A stretch of DNA of 64,000 nucleotides from sequence record PQ287320.1; one strand, 5' to 3'. The notes under the pieces are model-generated. The model was not told where the DNA came from. It searched no databases and worked only from the letters and a program-made list of their open reading frames with translations. Numbering within the stretch: position 1 is the stretch's first letter; each line of letters begins with the position of its first letter. Made by a program: the position numbers and the translations under genes. Positions 17,582 through 27,615 of this stretch are shown piece after piece.

Positions 17582-18415
17582 TTACTTCACGTTGATGAAC
17601 GGAACCGCGCCGGCGCCCATGGTCGAGGGCAGGTGGCCGTCCCATTTGTCGATCGCCCGCAGTTGGGCGACTTCTGGCGACGAGCGAACCGATTCAGCCA
17701 GCAGACGATTGGCCTCGGCGGTGCCGCGCGCTTCTTCGATCTTGGCGTCAGCCTCGGCCTTGGCGACCTGCACCCGCGCCTGGGCGGCCACGGTGTCGGC
17801 GTCGGCCTTGGTCTTGGCCTGGATCGAGTCGAGGATCACCTGAGGGTATCGGATGGCGCCGATCCAGTCGAGTTGGCTGATCGTCACGCCTTCCTTGGAC
17901 CATTTGCGCTGCACCGTGGCGAGCGCCTTCTGGATCACGGCCTGCCGCCCGCCCTTGTAGAGGTACTCGACCGACACGAGTTCGGTTTCCTTGGCGATCG
18001 CCGAGCGGACGTCGTTGCGGATCGGGCCTTCGAACAGTTGGTCGAAGGTCAGACGGTACTTCTTGTACAGCGCCGGAGCGGCGGCCGATTCGACGCGCAT
18101 GACGAGTTGGACGTCGGCGGTCATCGGCAGGGCGTTGTTGTCCGAGAACGTGACTTCTTCGTTCTCGGCGCCGCGCTCGTCGGTCTCGCGGGTGTAGGTG
18201 TAGGTGCGCTGGATCGCCGGGTAGTCGACGATCTTCTCGCCCAGGCTGTTGAAGTGCATGCCCGAGGACAGCGGCGTCGGATCGACGCCCGAGCCGCCCA
18301 TGGTGCGAATCTTCACGCCGATATTGCCCGGCTCGACAGTATGGAAACCGCAGGCCGACATCGTCGCCGCCATGCCCATCAGGGCGACAGCGGTGAGGAG
18401 GGACTTAATCTTCAA
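17582..18415 (-). CDS. SPFH/band 7 (prohibitin-like) lipoprotein
   Basis: lipobox MSA-C, VEPGNIGV, SPFH core, AEADAKIEEARGTAEANRLL coiled coil. Confidence 0.88.
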   Translation of the reverse strand: MKIKSLLTAVALMGMAATMSACGFHTVEPGNIGVKIRTMGGSGVDPTPLSSGMHFNSLGEKIVDYPAIQRTYTYTRETDERGAENEEVTFSDNNALPMTADVQLVMRVESAAAPALYKKYRLTFDQLFEGPIRNDVRSAIAKETELVSVEYLYKGGRQAVIQKALATVQRKWSKEGVTISQLDWIGAIRYPQVILDSIQAKTKADADTVAAQARVQVAKAEADAKIEEARGTAEANRLLAESVRSSPEVAQLRAIDKWDGHLPSTMGAGAVPFINVK

Positions 18416-18755
18416 GGGGTAGCTCCTTGCCTTGTTTCGGGATTTTGTGGAACGCTTTTGCGATGTCGCCAGCCAGCTTCATCGCGAACAGCACGACCGT
18501 CGGCAGGCCTACGAACAGGACCGCGAAGGCCGCGAACGAGGCGCCGAGGAAGTGGGCTTCGGTGAGGGTCCAGGCAAAGCCCATGATGACCAGGGCGCCG
18601 GCCATGATCACGAGCATCGGATAGACCGAGAGGCGGTAGAAGAGCCCCGGAAGACGCCTGTCCTTGAGAGCCGCGCTGGGACCGCCCAGGGCGTTCACCA
18701 GGAAGAAGACCATCAGGATCAGGTAGAGCGGGAAGAGGGGGAGGAACAGCCTCAT
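18405..18755 (-). CDS. membrane protein
   Basis: three hydrophobic segments. Confidence 0.7.
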   Translation of the reverse strand: MRLFLPLFPLYLILMVFFLVNALGGPSAALKDRRLPGLFYRLSVYPMLVIMAGALVIMGFAWTLTEAHFLGASFAAFAVLFVGLPTVVLFAMKLAGDIAKAFHKIPKQGKELPLED

Positions 18756-19485
18756 TGCGTCCGTCCTTTCAGGAGTTCGTTGACGCGGTTGCGCAGGCTG
18801 TCGACCTTGTCCTGGCCCCCGAGGATGTTGGCGAGCAGGGGCTCGTCGACGCGGCTGAGCGCCCAGGCGAGATCAACCATCAGCGTCGTCTTCTGCTCGG
18901 TCGCGATGGCGACCTGCTCCTCGATCGCCTCGACGATCGCGGCGACGAGGACTTCCTGACGCACGCGCCAGCAGCCGTCATTGCCTGAGTAGAACCACGT
19001 GTCGATGATGTTGTCGGCGCGGCCGTTGTCGGCGATCTTGCGCGCGGCGTGGTAGGGCCGTCATCGCGGCCGATGACCGTGCCGGCGGCCAGGGCCGCCT
19101 CGATGTCCTTGAAGCGGTTGGCGACCATCGGGAACCACGATTCGCGGTCCTGGAAGTCGTCACGGGCGTTCTGGATGATCTGGAGGATCAGGGCCACGCG
19201 CTTGTCGGAGATCGGGCGATCCTCGACCAACCGCCGGGCGGCCCACTTGACGCGCTCGATGGGCATGACCGCCACGGGCGCGCCGGCGGCGGTCAGGAGC
19301 TTGGCGACCTCGTTCTCGTAGGCCTCGTCCTGGCGGACGCGGGCCTCCAGGCGGCGGATCGTCTCCAGGTCGGCCTTCTTCTCCTGCGCGTAGTCCGCCA
19401 GGGCGTCGTTGGCTTCCCGCAGGCGGCGCTCCAGGTCCGCGATCTGCTCGGCGTCCGCGAAGGAGGCGATCATATGCTCCGCCAT
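18752..19485 (-). CDS. hypothetical coiled-coil protein (apparent deletion at ~19056)
   Basis: frames 18880-19599 and 18752-18964 join on restoring one C. Confidence 0.6.
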
Positions 19486-19772
19486 CAGCCGGCGAGCCCG
19501 CGCTGCTTCAAGGCGACGATCTGCTCGATCTCCTTGAGGATGTGGTCGGACAGGCGGTCGGTCCGCTCCTTGATCCCGGCCGGGACGCCGATCTTGCACT
19601 GGCCGATCTCGTGCAGGCGGTCGGAGACGGCCTTCAGGTCGATCAGGGTGTCGCTGATCAGCACCTCGGCGAGGCCCACGGCCTCGGTCTGGATGGCGGC
19701 GATCCGCTGAGCGGTGGTCTGGGTCGACTGGCCCGCGACGAGGGCGAGGGCGGCGGTGTTCTTGGCGGTCAT
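19485..19772 (-). CDS. hypothetical protein
   Basis: first gene after a promoter; SD AAGGAG. Confidence 0.75.
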   Translation of the reverse strand: MTAKNTAALALVAGQSTQTTAQRIAAIQTEAVGLAEVLISDTLIDLKAVSDRLHEIGQCKIGVPAGIKERTDRLSDHILKEIEQIVALKQRGLAG

Positions 19773-19776
19773 GAGG

Positions 19777-19834
19777 GTCTCCTTCGTTGTCGTCGGGCGT
19801 GACTTCTAGGCGTCTTCGGCTGGTCTGTCAACAC
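19777..19834 (-). promoter_or_regulatory. promoter-leader cassette
   Basis: GTGTTGACA-N17-TAGAAG..CGACGACAACGAAGGAG. Confidence 0.8.
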
Positions 19835-20095
19835 ATTCGCTCACGGGCTTGGCGCCGTAGTGAGCGACCAGGACGAGGCGGGCGCCGCAGGCGACGAGCG
19901 CTCCGCTCGGATCGTAGATCAGCCGGCCAGCCTCCTCGCCGTTCTTGTCCAGAATGATGGCTTCCTGGGTGTAGAGCGGCTTGCCGCTCTTGCCCTTCTG
20001 GATGCGGATCGGGGATCGGACGTCCCCCGCTTGGTGTTGCGGTCGATCACCTGCCGGTTGATGTTGAGGACGCAGGTCTTGCGGGTGATCTTCAC
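19806..20095 (-). CDS. hypothetical phage protein (apparent deletion at 20011-20014)
   Basis: VKITRKTCVLNINRQVIDRN..IRIQKGK..VACGARL; GTGA overlap. Confidence 0.6.
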
Positions 20096-20310
20096 TGCTC
20101 GTCATCTCCTTCGTCGGCGGCTTCCTCGACGTCGACCAGCAGGGAATTGCCCTCCTCGTCGATCTCGCCGAGCTTGATCCGAGCCAGCCGCTCAGCTTCC
20201 GCCTCGGCCCGCACGCGCTCGGCCGCGCCGCTCTCGACGAACTCCTTGGAGGCGCGCGCGCAGGCCTGCCGCGTGCGCTCGGCTAATTCAGCCAGGGTGA
20301 CCTTCGGCAT
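20092..20310 (-). CDS. hypothetical protein
   Basis: 72-aa ORF with acidic tail. Confidence 0.65.
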   Translation of the reverse strand: MPKVTLAELAERTRQACARASKEFVESGAAERVRAEAEAERLARIKLGEIDEEGNSLLVDVEEAADEGDDEQ

Positions 20311-21740
20311 CAGATCAGGGCTCCTTGGCTGGGGTCGACCGGCGTGTAGACCGCGCGGGTGATGGTGGTCTCAGGGTCGCCCGAGCGCTTGTTGGCCCCG
20401 TGGCGCTTGATCGTGGCCCGGACGGCGTAGCGCTTGCCGGCCTCGGGGCGGTTCTTGCCGGTGTGGAAATTGACCACGGCCGAGCCGTCGTCGCAGCGGA
20501 TGGTCACGATGCAGGTCGTTTCGCCAAAGTCGTTCGTGTAGAGGTGGGTCCGCACGACCTCGCCCACGAAGTCCAGGCGCTGCCCCTCGGCGGCGTCCAG
20601 GTGCTTGGCGTCCGGGAACTTCGGAGCTTCGGGCTTGTCGGCCTTCTTGCGGGCCACTTCCTCGCGTTCCAGGGTGCGGCTGACCGACAGGCCCACGGCG
20701 GCGACGATCACCCCCATGCGCTTGGTGAGGACCCAATCTTCCTGGGCGAGAACCATCTTGATGTTCTCGTGGAACGGGTTGCCCGGACGGAGCGAGCGGA
20801 TATAGGCGGTGAAGCCCTCGCGGTCGAACTCGGGCTCGAAGCCCTTGTAGGAGTCGATGATCTCCTGGTTCTGCTTGCGCTCGTAGTCCGAAAGGCCATA
20901 GCCGACGTTGCCGAACATCAGCAGGCCGACGTGCTTGCGCGATTGGGTCTTATCGTAGCCCCCCAGCTTGCGGGCCACGCGGTACGAGGCGCGCAGGAGT
21001 TCGTCGAGGCTCACGAAGTCCTCGCCCTTGCGCCAGCCGCCGGGATCGCCCTTGAAGTTGTTCAGGTCATCCCAGAACGACAGCATGCGGACCGGGTCGG
21101 CGCCCAGGTAGGTCTTCAGGCACGAGGCCCCGATCATCTTGATCCCGTCGGCGGTCTCGCAGACGAAGGTATGCTTGCGGCGCTGGTTGACGCCGCAGTG
21201 ATCGCACTCGCCGGCGTGTACACGCATGGCTTCCACGGCGTCGTTGGCGGTCTTGTCGACCAGCTTGAGGTAGTGGCCCGTCTTCTCGGCGGCCTCGTAG
21301 ATGCCGAGCACGCGGCCCTTCTCGCCGACCATCGGCGGGACCGACAGGGTGATCTCGATGCGGCGAACCACCAGCGTCTCTTCACCCAGATAGGGCGATG
21401 GAATGTCGACGACCTTGCGCTCCAGGACCGTCAGGGTCTGGGCGGCATGAGCGGCCCGCTTCTGGAGCTTGGCCAGAAGGCGCATGAAGCGCTCCTCGAC
21501 GGCAAAGCCCAGCATGAAGGTCAGGGTGGCTTGACCGTCGCGGACGCCCTCCTGGGCCTCCCACATGGCGGTCCGGTGATCCTCGCGCTCCTTGTCGTCC
21601 GCGAAGAGCGAGGCGCCCTTGGTGGTGAGGATGTCGACGCCGTCGACCGTGACCACGTTTTGGTCGGCGATCGTCTCGGGACGCTCGCCGTAGGTTTCCA
21701 GCATGTAGTCCTGGTAGCTGCCTTCGAACTCGCCAAACAT
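20310..21740 (-). CDS. hypothetical protein with Zn-finger and C-terminal OB-like domain
   Basis: CDHC..IGASC; C-terminal GQRLDFVGEVVR..T.FG. Confidence 0.75.
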   Translation of the reverse strand: MFGEFEGSYQDYMLETYGERPETIADQNVVTVDGVDILTTKGASLFADDKEREDHRTAMWEAQEGVRDGQATLTFMLGFAVEERFMRLLAKLQKRAAHAAQTLTVLERKVVDIPSPYLGEETLVVRRIEITLSVPPMVGEKGRVLGIYEAAEKTGHYLKLVDKTANDAVEAMRVHAGECDHCGVNQRRKHTFVCETADGIKMIGASCLKTYLGADPVRMLSFWDDLNNFKGDPGGWRKGEDFVSLDELLRASYRVARKLGGYDKTQSRKHVGLLMFGNVGYGLSDYERKQNQEIIDSYKGFEPEFDREGFTAYIRSLRPGNPFHENIKMVLAQEDWVLTKRMGVIVAAVGLSVSRTLEREEVARKKADKPEAPKFPDAKHLDAAEGQRLDFVGEVVRTHLYTNDFGETTCIVTIRCDDGSAVVNFHTGKNRPEAGKRYAVRATIKRHGANKRSGDPETTITRAVYTPVDPSQGALI

Positions 21741-21745
21741 GATCG

Positions 21746-21812
21746 GCTCCTCTCGCTGTCGTGAGGGAGCTTGTACGGGGTCACGGTAATGCTGTCAACA
21801 CTTTCGCGCCAA
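21746..21812 (-). promoter_or_regulatory. promoter-leader cassette
   Basis: TTGGCGCGAAAGTGTTGACA-N17-TACAAG-CTCCCTC-ACGACAGC-GAGAGGAG. Confidence 0.8.
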
Positions 21813-21819
21813 CAAAAAT

Positions 21820-22134
21820 TCAGGCGGCCGGCGCCTCTTCGAGCGTCAGGGTGTACATGTCGTCGACGCCGATCGCGGGATCGATTTCGACGATCACGCA
21901 GGTCCGGATGGTGCCGCTCTTGGCCTCGTAGATCACCGTGTCACCCAGGCGCGGGCCTTGGCAGTGGACCATGATGCTGACGCGCTCGATCTCCACCGGC
22001 TTCTTGAACCAGCCGCACTTGACCCGCCGAGGCTTCGCGATCCGGAACGTGTTGGCGTGGAGCGCGTGGCCCCAGCCCTGCTTACCGGGGCGGAAGTCGA
22101 AGGTCCGAGGACCGTTGTCAAGTCGCAGGAGCAT
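21820..22134 (-). CDS. hypothetical protein
   Basis: MLLRLDNGPRT, SD GGAG. Confidence 0.65.
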   Translation of the reverse strand: MLLRLDNGPRTFDFRPGKQGWGHALHANTFRIAKPRRVKCGWFKKPVEIERVSIMVHCQGPRLGDTVIYEAKSGTIRTCVIVEIDPAIGVDDMYTLTLEEAPAA

Positions 22135-22345
22135 GGGGGTCCTTCTCCAGGGTTCGGCGTTCGAGCCGGCCGTGTCCGATCGAGGTCCACATGTCCTTGG
22201 CCTCGACATGCTTCGGCATGTAGCCGCCGAAGCGTCGGTGGAGCGGGATGCGCCGCCACTTTGGATCGAAACGATACCAGCGGTAGCAGTTGTCGTTCCG
22301 CCGGTGGGAGATCGCCGGGATCATGGGGATGATGCCCGGCGTCAC
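22118..22345 (-). CDS. hypothetical protein
   Basis: 75-aa ORF, GTGA overlap. Confidence 0.55.
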   Translation of the reverse strand: MTPGIIPMIPAISHRRNDNCYRWYRFDPKWRRIPLHRRFGGYMPKHVEAKDMWTSIGHGRLERRTLEKDPHAPAT

Positions 22346-22587
22346 GGATTGTCGCCCGAGAGGACCGAGAAGGTCGCCACGGCCGTGCGACCATCATCCG
22401 GCCGGCCGAGGATCAGTTCAGCGTCCTCCTCGCCCTCGCGGTCCTTCCAGACCACCTTGCCATGGTAGGTCATGACGCCGGCGGGCAGGCTCTCGCTTAC
22501 CAACCGCAGGGTCTCGGCATAGACGTGCGTCCAGTCGAACTCGCTCACCTGAGTCGGGTTGTTGGTCACGCTGATGATCAGGGGCAT
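22342..22587 (-). CDS. hypothetical protein
   Basis: 81-aa ORF. Confidence 0.65.
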   Translation of the reverse strand: MPLIISVTNNPTQVSEFDWTHVYAETLRLVSESLPAGVMTYHGKVVWKDREGEEDAELILGRPDDGRTAVATFSVLSGDNP

Positions 22588-22591
22588 GGGC

Positions 22592-23277
22592 TCAGTCCCG
22601 CAAGCCGGCGAGTTGGAACGCCGTCGCCCCCACGGCCGCCGCCAGTTCCGACTTCAGGTGGTCGATGTCGACCTTCAGTTCCTTGAAGTAGGGCGTGTCG
22701 GCGAGCAGGTCCTGCATCTTCCAGGCGATCGTATAGGCCCGGTGGACGTAGCCCGTGGGATCGTCCTCGATCACCTTGACGACGTCGATCGTCTTCAGTT
22801 CGATCAGGCCTTCCGGACCCTGGATGAAGACCACGTCATGGGGCTCGATGATCCGGACGCCGCCCGAGGCGAGGTTCTTCAGGACGCGGTCGCGGTGCTC
22901 GCAGTGGCTGACCAGGGCGATCTCCCGCGCCCGGCGTGCGGCGGATTGTGGGTCACCAGGACCACGCGGTCGCCCGGCTGGAACTCCCAGCGGACATCGG
23001 GGTCGTTATAGTGGTCGTCGACCATCTTGCGGATCGTCGAGAGCGAGCGGTGACCGTAGACGTCGCCGTGCGAGACGTAGTTGATGATCTTCCACTCCTT
23101 CTCGGTCGGCATCGGGATTTCCTTCCCGTCGCCGTCGCGGCCGTGATAGTAGACGGCCGCCTCCAGGCGGTGGATCAGGTCGATGTCGTTGTCGGTGTCG
23201 GTCTCGACCGAATCGAGGATGCCGACCATCTTCAGGATGCTGTAGGTGATCGGCCGAGTGGCGGGGCGCTTGGTCAC
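22592..23277 (-). CDS. hypothetical protein (apparent deletion at 22924-22926)
   Basis: two frames join on restoring one G; GTGA overlap at start. Confidence 0.6.
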
Positions 23278-24164
23278 AGATGCTTCTCCAGACCCAGGTC
23301 GTCGATCACCGCCTGGGAGATCGCTTCCAGATTGAAGTGGCCGTCGATCACCGCGTCCTGGACGTCGTCGGCGTCGACGAAGTTCGACATGCCCGGCATT
23401 TCGGCGGCCTCGATCGCCCGCTTCAGGGCGTCGGCCAGGATCAGCGCCGCAGGCCGCTTGGCCTTGGCCTTCTTGACCTTCCAGTTGAGGTCCTGGAGGC
23501 GCACGACGCGGCGATCGCCGTCGTCGATCTCCTTGAAGGCGCCGGCCTTGATCAGCCGCTCGATCGTGTCGTCGGCGAAATGGGCGTTGACCTCGGAGAC
23601 CGGGAAGACGGTCCAGCAGTCCTGGCCCAGTTGCGTCAGGTGACCGGTGGCGTTGCGCGCCGCGTGGATCGCCTGATACTCGTCGGCGAGCATGAACTGC
23701 TCGTAGCCGGCGCCGTAGGTGCTGCCCTTGTCGTCGGTGACCTTGACGTAGCAATTCTCGCCGTCCCAGGAGTCGCCGACGTAGCACTCGACCAGGGTGT
23801 AGACCTTGCCGACCGTGAAGTTCTCGGACGAGCCCACATAGGCGCCTTGCGCGTTCTGCTCGAACGGCCAGCGATAGTGCTCGTCGTCCGGGTTGAACCT
23901 TGCCAGGATCGCGGTGATCGCGGCGCGGTCGACTTCCTCGGGCTTCTTGCGGTCGAAGTTCTTCTCGCGCCCATGGTAGAAGAGGTCCTGGAGCGCGCGG
24001 ACGATCTCGTACTCGAAATCGAAGATACGGCCGCCCGAGTAGGCCTTCAGGTGGGGCTCGAACATCGCCGTGGGCGCGTCGACCAGTTCCAGGGCCAGGA
24101 GCTTCGTCAGGATGTCCGCCGGCTGGCGGGCATAGGCGTGGGGCTGGCGGACGACCGGGCTCAT
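23274..24164 (-). CDS. hypothetical protein
   Basis: 296-aa ORF. Confidence 0.75.
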   Translation of the reverse strand: MSPVVRQPHAYARQPADILTKLLALELVDAPTAMFEPHLKAYSGGRIFDFEYEIVRALQDLFYHGREKNFDRKKPEEVDRAAITAILARFNPDDEHYRWPFEQNAQGAYVGSSENFTVGKVYTLVECYVGDSWDGENCYVKVTDDKGSTYGAGYEQFMLADEYQAIHAARNATGHLTQLGQDCWTVFPVSEVNAHFADDTIERLIKAGAFKEIDDGDRRVVRLQDLNWKVKKAKAKRPAALILADALKRAIEAAEMPGMSNFVDADDVQDAVIDGHFNLEAISQAVIDDLGLEKHL

Positions 24165-24493
24165 TTCAGCAGGCCGTCCTTCTTGGCCTCGGCGAAGAAC
24201 GCCTCGGCCTCTTCCACCGAATAGACCTCGCGCTCGCGCACGGTCTCGCTGCGCGGCTCGGTCAGGGCGCCGATCGACGCCATGACGTCGTAGCCCAGCG
24301 CCAGGAACACCACGATGGCGGAGATCGCCCAGGTCTCGCCGTGGCGCTCGAAGACCGTGCTGACGGCCTTCCAGATCGCGATGCCGCCGACGATCTCCAT
24401 GACGCCCAGGGCGATCAACGCCCGAAGGCCGTACTTGGTGGTCGGCTGGACCACCGAGACGGTGGCCGGCGAGTCAAACTTGGTGTCGGTCAC
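24161..24493 (-). CDS. membrane protein
   Basis: two TM segments; first gene after a promoter. Confidence 0.7.
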   Translation of the reverse strand: MTDTKFDSPATVSVVQPTTKYGLRALIALGVMEIVGGIAIWKAVSTVFERHGETWAISAIVVFLALGYDVMASIGALTEPRSETVREREVYSVEEAEAFFAEAKKDGLLK

Positions 24494-24497
24494 GCAG

Positions 24498-24568
24498 GAC
24501 CTCCTTTGCTGTTGTCGTCACCGGCCTTCTAGGGGTTCAATCGAGTGCTGTCAACACTCTCACGCCAG
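24498..24568 (-). promoter_or_regulatory. promoter-leader cassette
   Basis: CTGGCGTGAGAGTGTTGACA..TAGAAG..GACGACAACAGCAAAGGAGG. Confidence 0.8.
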
Positions 24569-25708
24569 TACGACGCCGATTTTCTCCGCCGTCTTGAGGA
24601 GCGCCGCCCGCTGGGCCTTGATCTGCTCGTCGAACTTGTCGAACGCGGTCAGGACGTCGGTCTCCAGCTTGCCGAGCGTCTCCCAATGCTTCTTGAGTTC
24701 GGCGCCGGCGACCTCGGCCGCCTCGTTGCGCTCGGGGCCATAGACGCGCTCGCGCATCTCGGCGACCCAAGCCCAGGGGAGGTTGAGTTCATCGGCGACC
24801 TTCTTGTCGGTCCAGGCGCCGATATAGCACTGCTTAAGGGTGTTGTAGTGGGTGTCGAGCGCCTCGATGATCCGGCGGTTCTCGGCCGGCGTCGCGGCGC
24901 GTGGCGGCTTGGGATCGGCGACGGTTTCTTGCGGCAAGGATTCGATCTCCGGCTTGAGAGGGAGGGGTTTGAAGGCCGAGGCCGGCGGCTTGCGCCCCAG
25001 GCGAACGGCGGCGGCGTCTTTCTGGCGCTGGGAGCGCTCTTCGGGGGTCATGCTCGCCCAGTAGCGGCGCGAGCCGGCGCCCTTCTTCTCGCGCTGCTCG
25101 GCGATCTTGGCTTCCTTCTTGGCCTTGCGCGTGGCGTGGCCCTTCTTGGTGATCTCCGAGCGCTGCTCGTGGGTGAGGGAGTTGTTGTAGTCCCTAAGGC
25201 GCTGACCGTCCTGGCTGGCGCGGCGCGCGACGGCGCCGTTGACCACCTTGCTCACCATGTCCGGGTTGATGTCGCCGGCCTTCTTCAGGACGTCGATCAC
25301 GCCCTCGGGGACGACATAGTCGTTGGCGTCTTTGGGCTTGTCAGCCACCGTGGGGTCCTCCGGATTGATTTCGATCGGGACAAGGCCGTTGGCCAGGACG
25401 TGCATGGTCGCGTCGAGCAGGACCTCGCTGCGCTTTTCCATCGGCGCTGAGTCGGCCTTGGCGTAGCCGTGGCAGGTGGGGCAGGAATCCTTGCCCCGGT
25501 GCGCGCCGATTCCCCAGCCGCGCTTGCGGAACATCCGCTTGGCGAACTCGACCGGGATGGTCGGCTTGTGGGTGGTGATCGGAATGGCGTCCTCGCCAGG
25601 GCAGTATCGGCACTGGGCGATGACGTGGTTCATCCGCTTGGTGGGATCGCCGGCGACGAGGCGCGGCTCGATCTTGAAGGCTTCGCGGGGCGCGGTCTTG
25701 GTGCTCAT
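24560..25708 (-). CDS. hypothetical Zn-finger, Lys/Arg-rich protein
   Basis: CRYC..CPTC; basic central region. Confidence 0.75.
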   Translation of the reverse strand: MSTKTAPREAFKIEPRLVAGDPTKRMNHVIAQCRYCPGEDAIPITTHKPTIPVEFAKRMFRKRGWGIGAHRGKDSCPTCHGYAKADSAPMEKRSEVLLDATMHVLANGLVPIEINPEDPTVADKPKDANDYVVPEGVIDVLKKAGDINPDMVSKVVNGAVARRASQDGQRLRDYNNSLTHEQRSEITKKGHATRKAKKEAKIAEQREKKGAGSRRYWASMTPEERSQRQKDAAAVRLGRKPPASAFKPLPLKPEIESLPQETVADPKPPRAATPAENRRIIEALDTHYNTLKQCYIGAWTDKKVADELNLPWAWVAEMRERVYGPERNEAAEVAGAELKKHWETLGKLETDVLTAFDKFDEQIKAQRAALLKTAEKIGVVLA

Positions 25709-25715
25709 CGCGTAT

Positions 25716-25955
25716 TCACCGGCATGAGAAGCATACCTCGTCGACCAGTTCTGAAGGGTTGCACCAGTGGTCGCAGACCTCGCACTTCCAGACCTTGCGG
25801 TCCAGGAAGGTGAAGAAGGCGTCGGGCGCGTTGTAATAGCCGAATGGGAAGCCGGCGTTGTCCACCGCCTCCTGAACGTCGATCGTCGTGCCGATCATCT
25901 TCGGGGCCAGACGGAGCGCCATGGCCATCAGTTCGGGGGCGCCGGGCTCAGCCAT
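25716..25955 (-). CDS. small Zn-ribbon protein
   Basis: CEVCDHWC..CFSC. Confidence 0.6.
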   Translation of the reverse strand: MAEPGAPELMAMALRLAPKMIGTTIDVQEAVDNAGFPFGYYNAPDAFFTFLDRKVWKCEVCDHWCNPSELVDEVCFSCR

Positions 25956-26292
25956 TGGACTTGGCCTTGCGGATCGCGGCGCGGCTCGCGTCGAACCACT
26001 TATGCCACTCGGCCTTGGTCATCCAGGGCTGGGTCCGGCGGTCGTTATAGGCACCAAGACCTTCGGGCGTGATCCTGTACTGCTTGGAGCCCCGCACCAT
26101 GTGCGCCATGCGCTGCTGGGCCTCGACGAAGCCGCGCTTCTCCAGCTTGGCCAGCGTCGCCGAGTGGTGCGAGCCGTTCGAGCCGCCCAGGTCCAGTGGG
26201 GTATGCCAGCGGATAGGCTCGTCGCGGAAGGTCGGGACCAGGGAGCCCAGGACTTCCCAGTCGCGATCGGTGAGGGGCCGCAGACGGCTCAT
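25948..26292 (-). CDS. putative winged-helix protein
   Basis: TLAKLEKRGFVE..YRITPEG. Confidence 0.6.
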   Translation of the reverse strand: MSRLRPLTDRDWEVLGSLVPTFRDEPIRWHTPLDLGGSNGSHHSATLAKLEKRGFVEAQQRMAHMVRGSKQYRITPEGLGAYNDRRTQPWMTKAEWHKWFDASRAAIRKAKSNG

Positions 26293-26462
26293 CGCAGTAG
26301 CTCTCCGTCGGCGATCCGGATGTGGCTCATCGGATAGTCCTGGAAGAAGGCGCGCAGCCGCTGGCGCAGCATCCCCTCGACGGGCCGGGCGTCGTTCAAG
26401 GTCTCGAAAAGCTCCTCGAACATCTCGCGCTCATTGGCGCGTAAGGGGCGGGTCTTCGGCAT
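26289..26462 (-). CDS. hypothetical protein
   Basis: MPKTRPLRANE after SD GGAGG. Confidence 0.7.
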   Translation of the reverse strand: MPKTRPLRANEREMFEELFETLNDARPVEGMLRQRLRAFFQDYPMSHIRIADGELLR

Positions 26463-26466
26463 TTTG

Positions 26467-26524
26467 GCCTCCTGCGTTGTCGTCGCCAGACAACTAGGAC
26501 AATCCCCACCGCCTGTCAACACAC
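26467..26524 (-). promoter_or_regulatory. promoter-leader cassette
   Basis: GTGTGTTGACA..TAGTTG..CGACGACAACGCAGGAGG. Confidence 0.8.
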
Positions 26525-26740
26525 TCAAGCCAGGGGAGAAACCAGGACCGCCACGCCCAGGATGACGCAGTAGACGCCGCCTAGGGTCGAGACGCCGCGC
26601 AGCCAGCCCCGCGCCTGGACGAAAAAGTCCCGCTCGGCGCCGCTGGTGCGGGCGATGACCTGGGGTAAGAGATCGTCGGCCAGCCAGAGCCCTAGGGCGC
26701 TGGCCAGCAACACCGTGATGAGGATGCCCGAGAGGTTCAT
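26525..26740 (-). CDS. small membrane protein
   Basis: two TM segments. Confidence 0.65.
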   Translation of the reverse strand: MNLSGILITVLLASALGLWLADDLLPQVIARTSGAERDFFVQARGWLRGVSTLGGVYCVILGVAVLVSPLA

Positions 26741-27084
26741 GGCGCGTCTCCGTCATCGGCCTCGGCGAGGCGCTGGATATAGTCCCTCATAGCAGAGCTT
26801 GAGGCGTAGCGCCACGTCCACGGGACCTGCTCGGGCCGCGCGCCGTTGAACTTGCAGAGCCAGAGGAAGGCCTTCTCCGTATGGGGCCAGTTCTCGGCGT
26901 CGGCCGTGAAGCCGGTCAGGCGAAAGCACGCCGCGACCTCGGCCGGCGTCAGGTTCGGGTCGCGCACGGCCTTGAGCTTGACCTGCACCGCCTCGGGCGG
27001 CGCTGGCGGTGGTGGCTCGACATCGTAGCCGGCCTTGCGGAGGAGCTTGATCGCGGCGACGATCTCTGGGGATGGCTTAGCCAT
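26737..27084 (-). CDS. hypothetical protein
   Basis: MAKPSPEIV, overlaps neighbours. Confidence 0.65.
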   Translation of the reverse strand: MAKPSPEIVAAIKLLRKAGYDVEPPPPAPPEAVQVKLKAVRDPNLTPAEVAACFRLTGFTADAENWPHTEKAFLWLCKFNGARPEQVPWTWRYASSSAMRDYIQRLAEADDGDAP

Positions 27085-27379
27085 CGAGGGCGACCTTGCT
27101 GGACGGGTTACCCTGGGCGTCCCGACGGATGCAGATACGGCCGTGGACGGTGTTGTAGCCGTCCTGTCCTGAGAAGGTGTAGCAGCCGGTTGGGTCATCG
27201 ATCGTGGTCGGATGGGCGGCATGCACGCTCAGCTTGGCGTAGCCGCGCGCCCGCAGGGCTTCCATCGCCGCAAGCCAGCCGGACCGTTCGAACGTGCCGT
27301 AGCAGTTCGCCAGGAAGAGGAAGGGGATGGCGGCAAGCAGGCCAAAGACGGCCGGCACGATCCAGGACGAGGGTCTCAT
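27077..27379 (-). CDS. membrane-anchored protein
   Basis: N-terminal TM segment; ATGA overlap. Confidence 0.6.
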   Translation of the reverse strand: MRPSSWIVPAVFGLLAAIPFLFLANCYGTFERSGWLAAMEALRARGYAKLSVHAAHPTTIDDPTGCYTFSGQDGYNTVHGRICIRRDAQGNPSSKVALDG

Positions 27380-27615
27380 TCGGGTTTCCACTCTCCGCAC
27401 CAGGAATTCATGTGGACCAGTGGGAATTCCGCCCAGCCGATCTGGTCGGGCGGGTTGTCCCCGTGGAAGCTGCCGCCCTCTCGGGCGCGGTGGTAGCGCG
27501 ACGGGCCAACCTTGATCGAGGGTGGGAAGCGCCGGCAGTCGCCGTGCCGCTCAACCGCGCGCGTCTCAAGGAAGAACCGGCAGGTCTTGCAGGACTCGTT
27601 GTCGGGCGGCCTCAC
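27376..27615 (-). CDS. small Cys-rich protein
   Basis: CKTCRFF..GDCRRFPP..WCGEW. Confidence 0.65.
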   Translation of the reverse strand: MRPPDNESCKTCRFFLETRAVERHGDCRRFPPSIKVGPSRYHRAREGGSFHGDNPPDQIGWAEFPLVHMNSWCGEWKPE

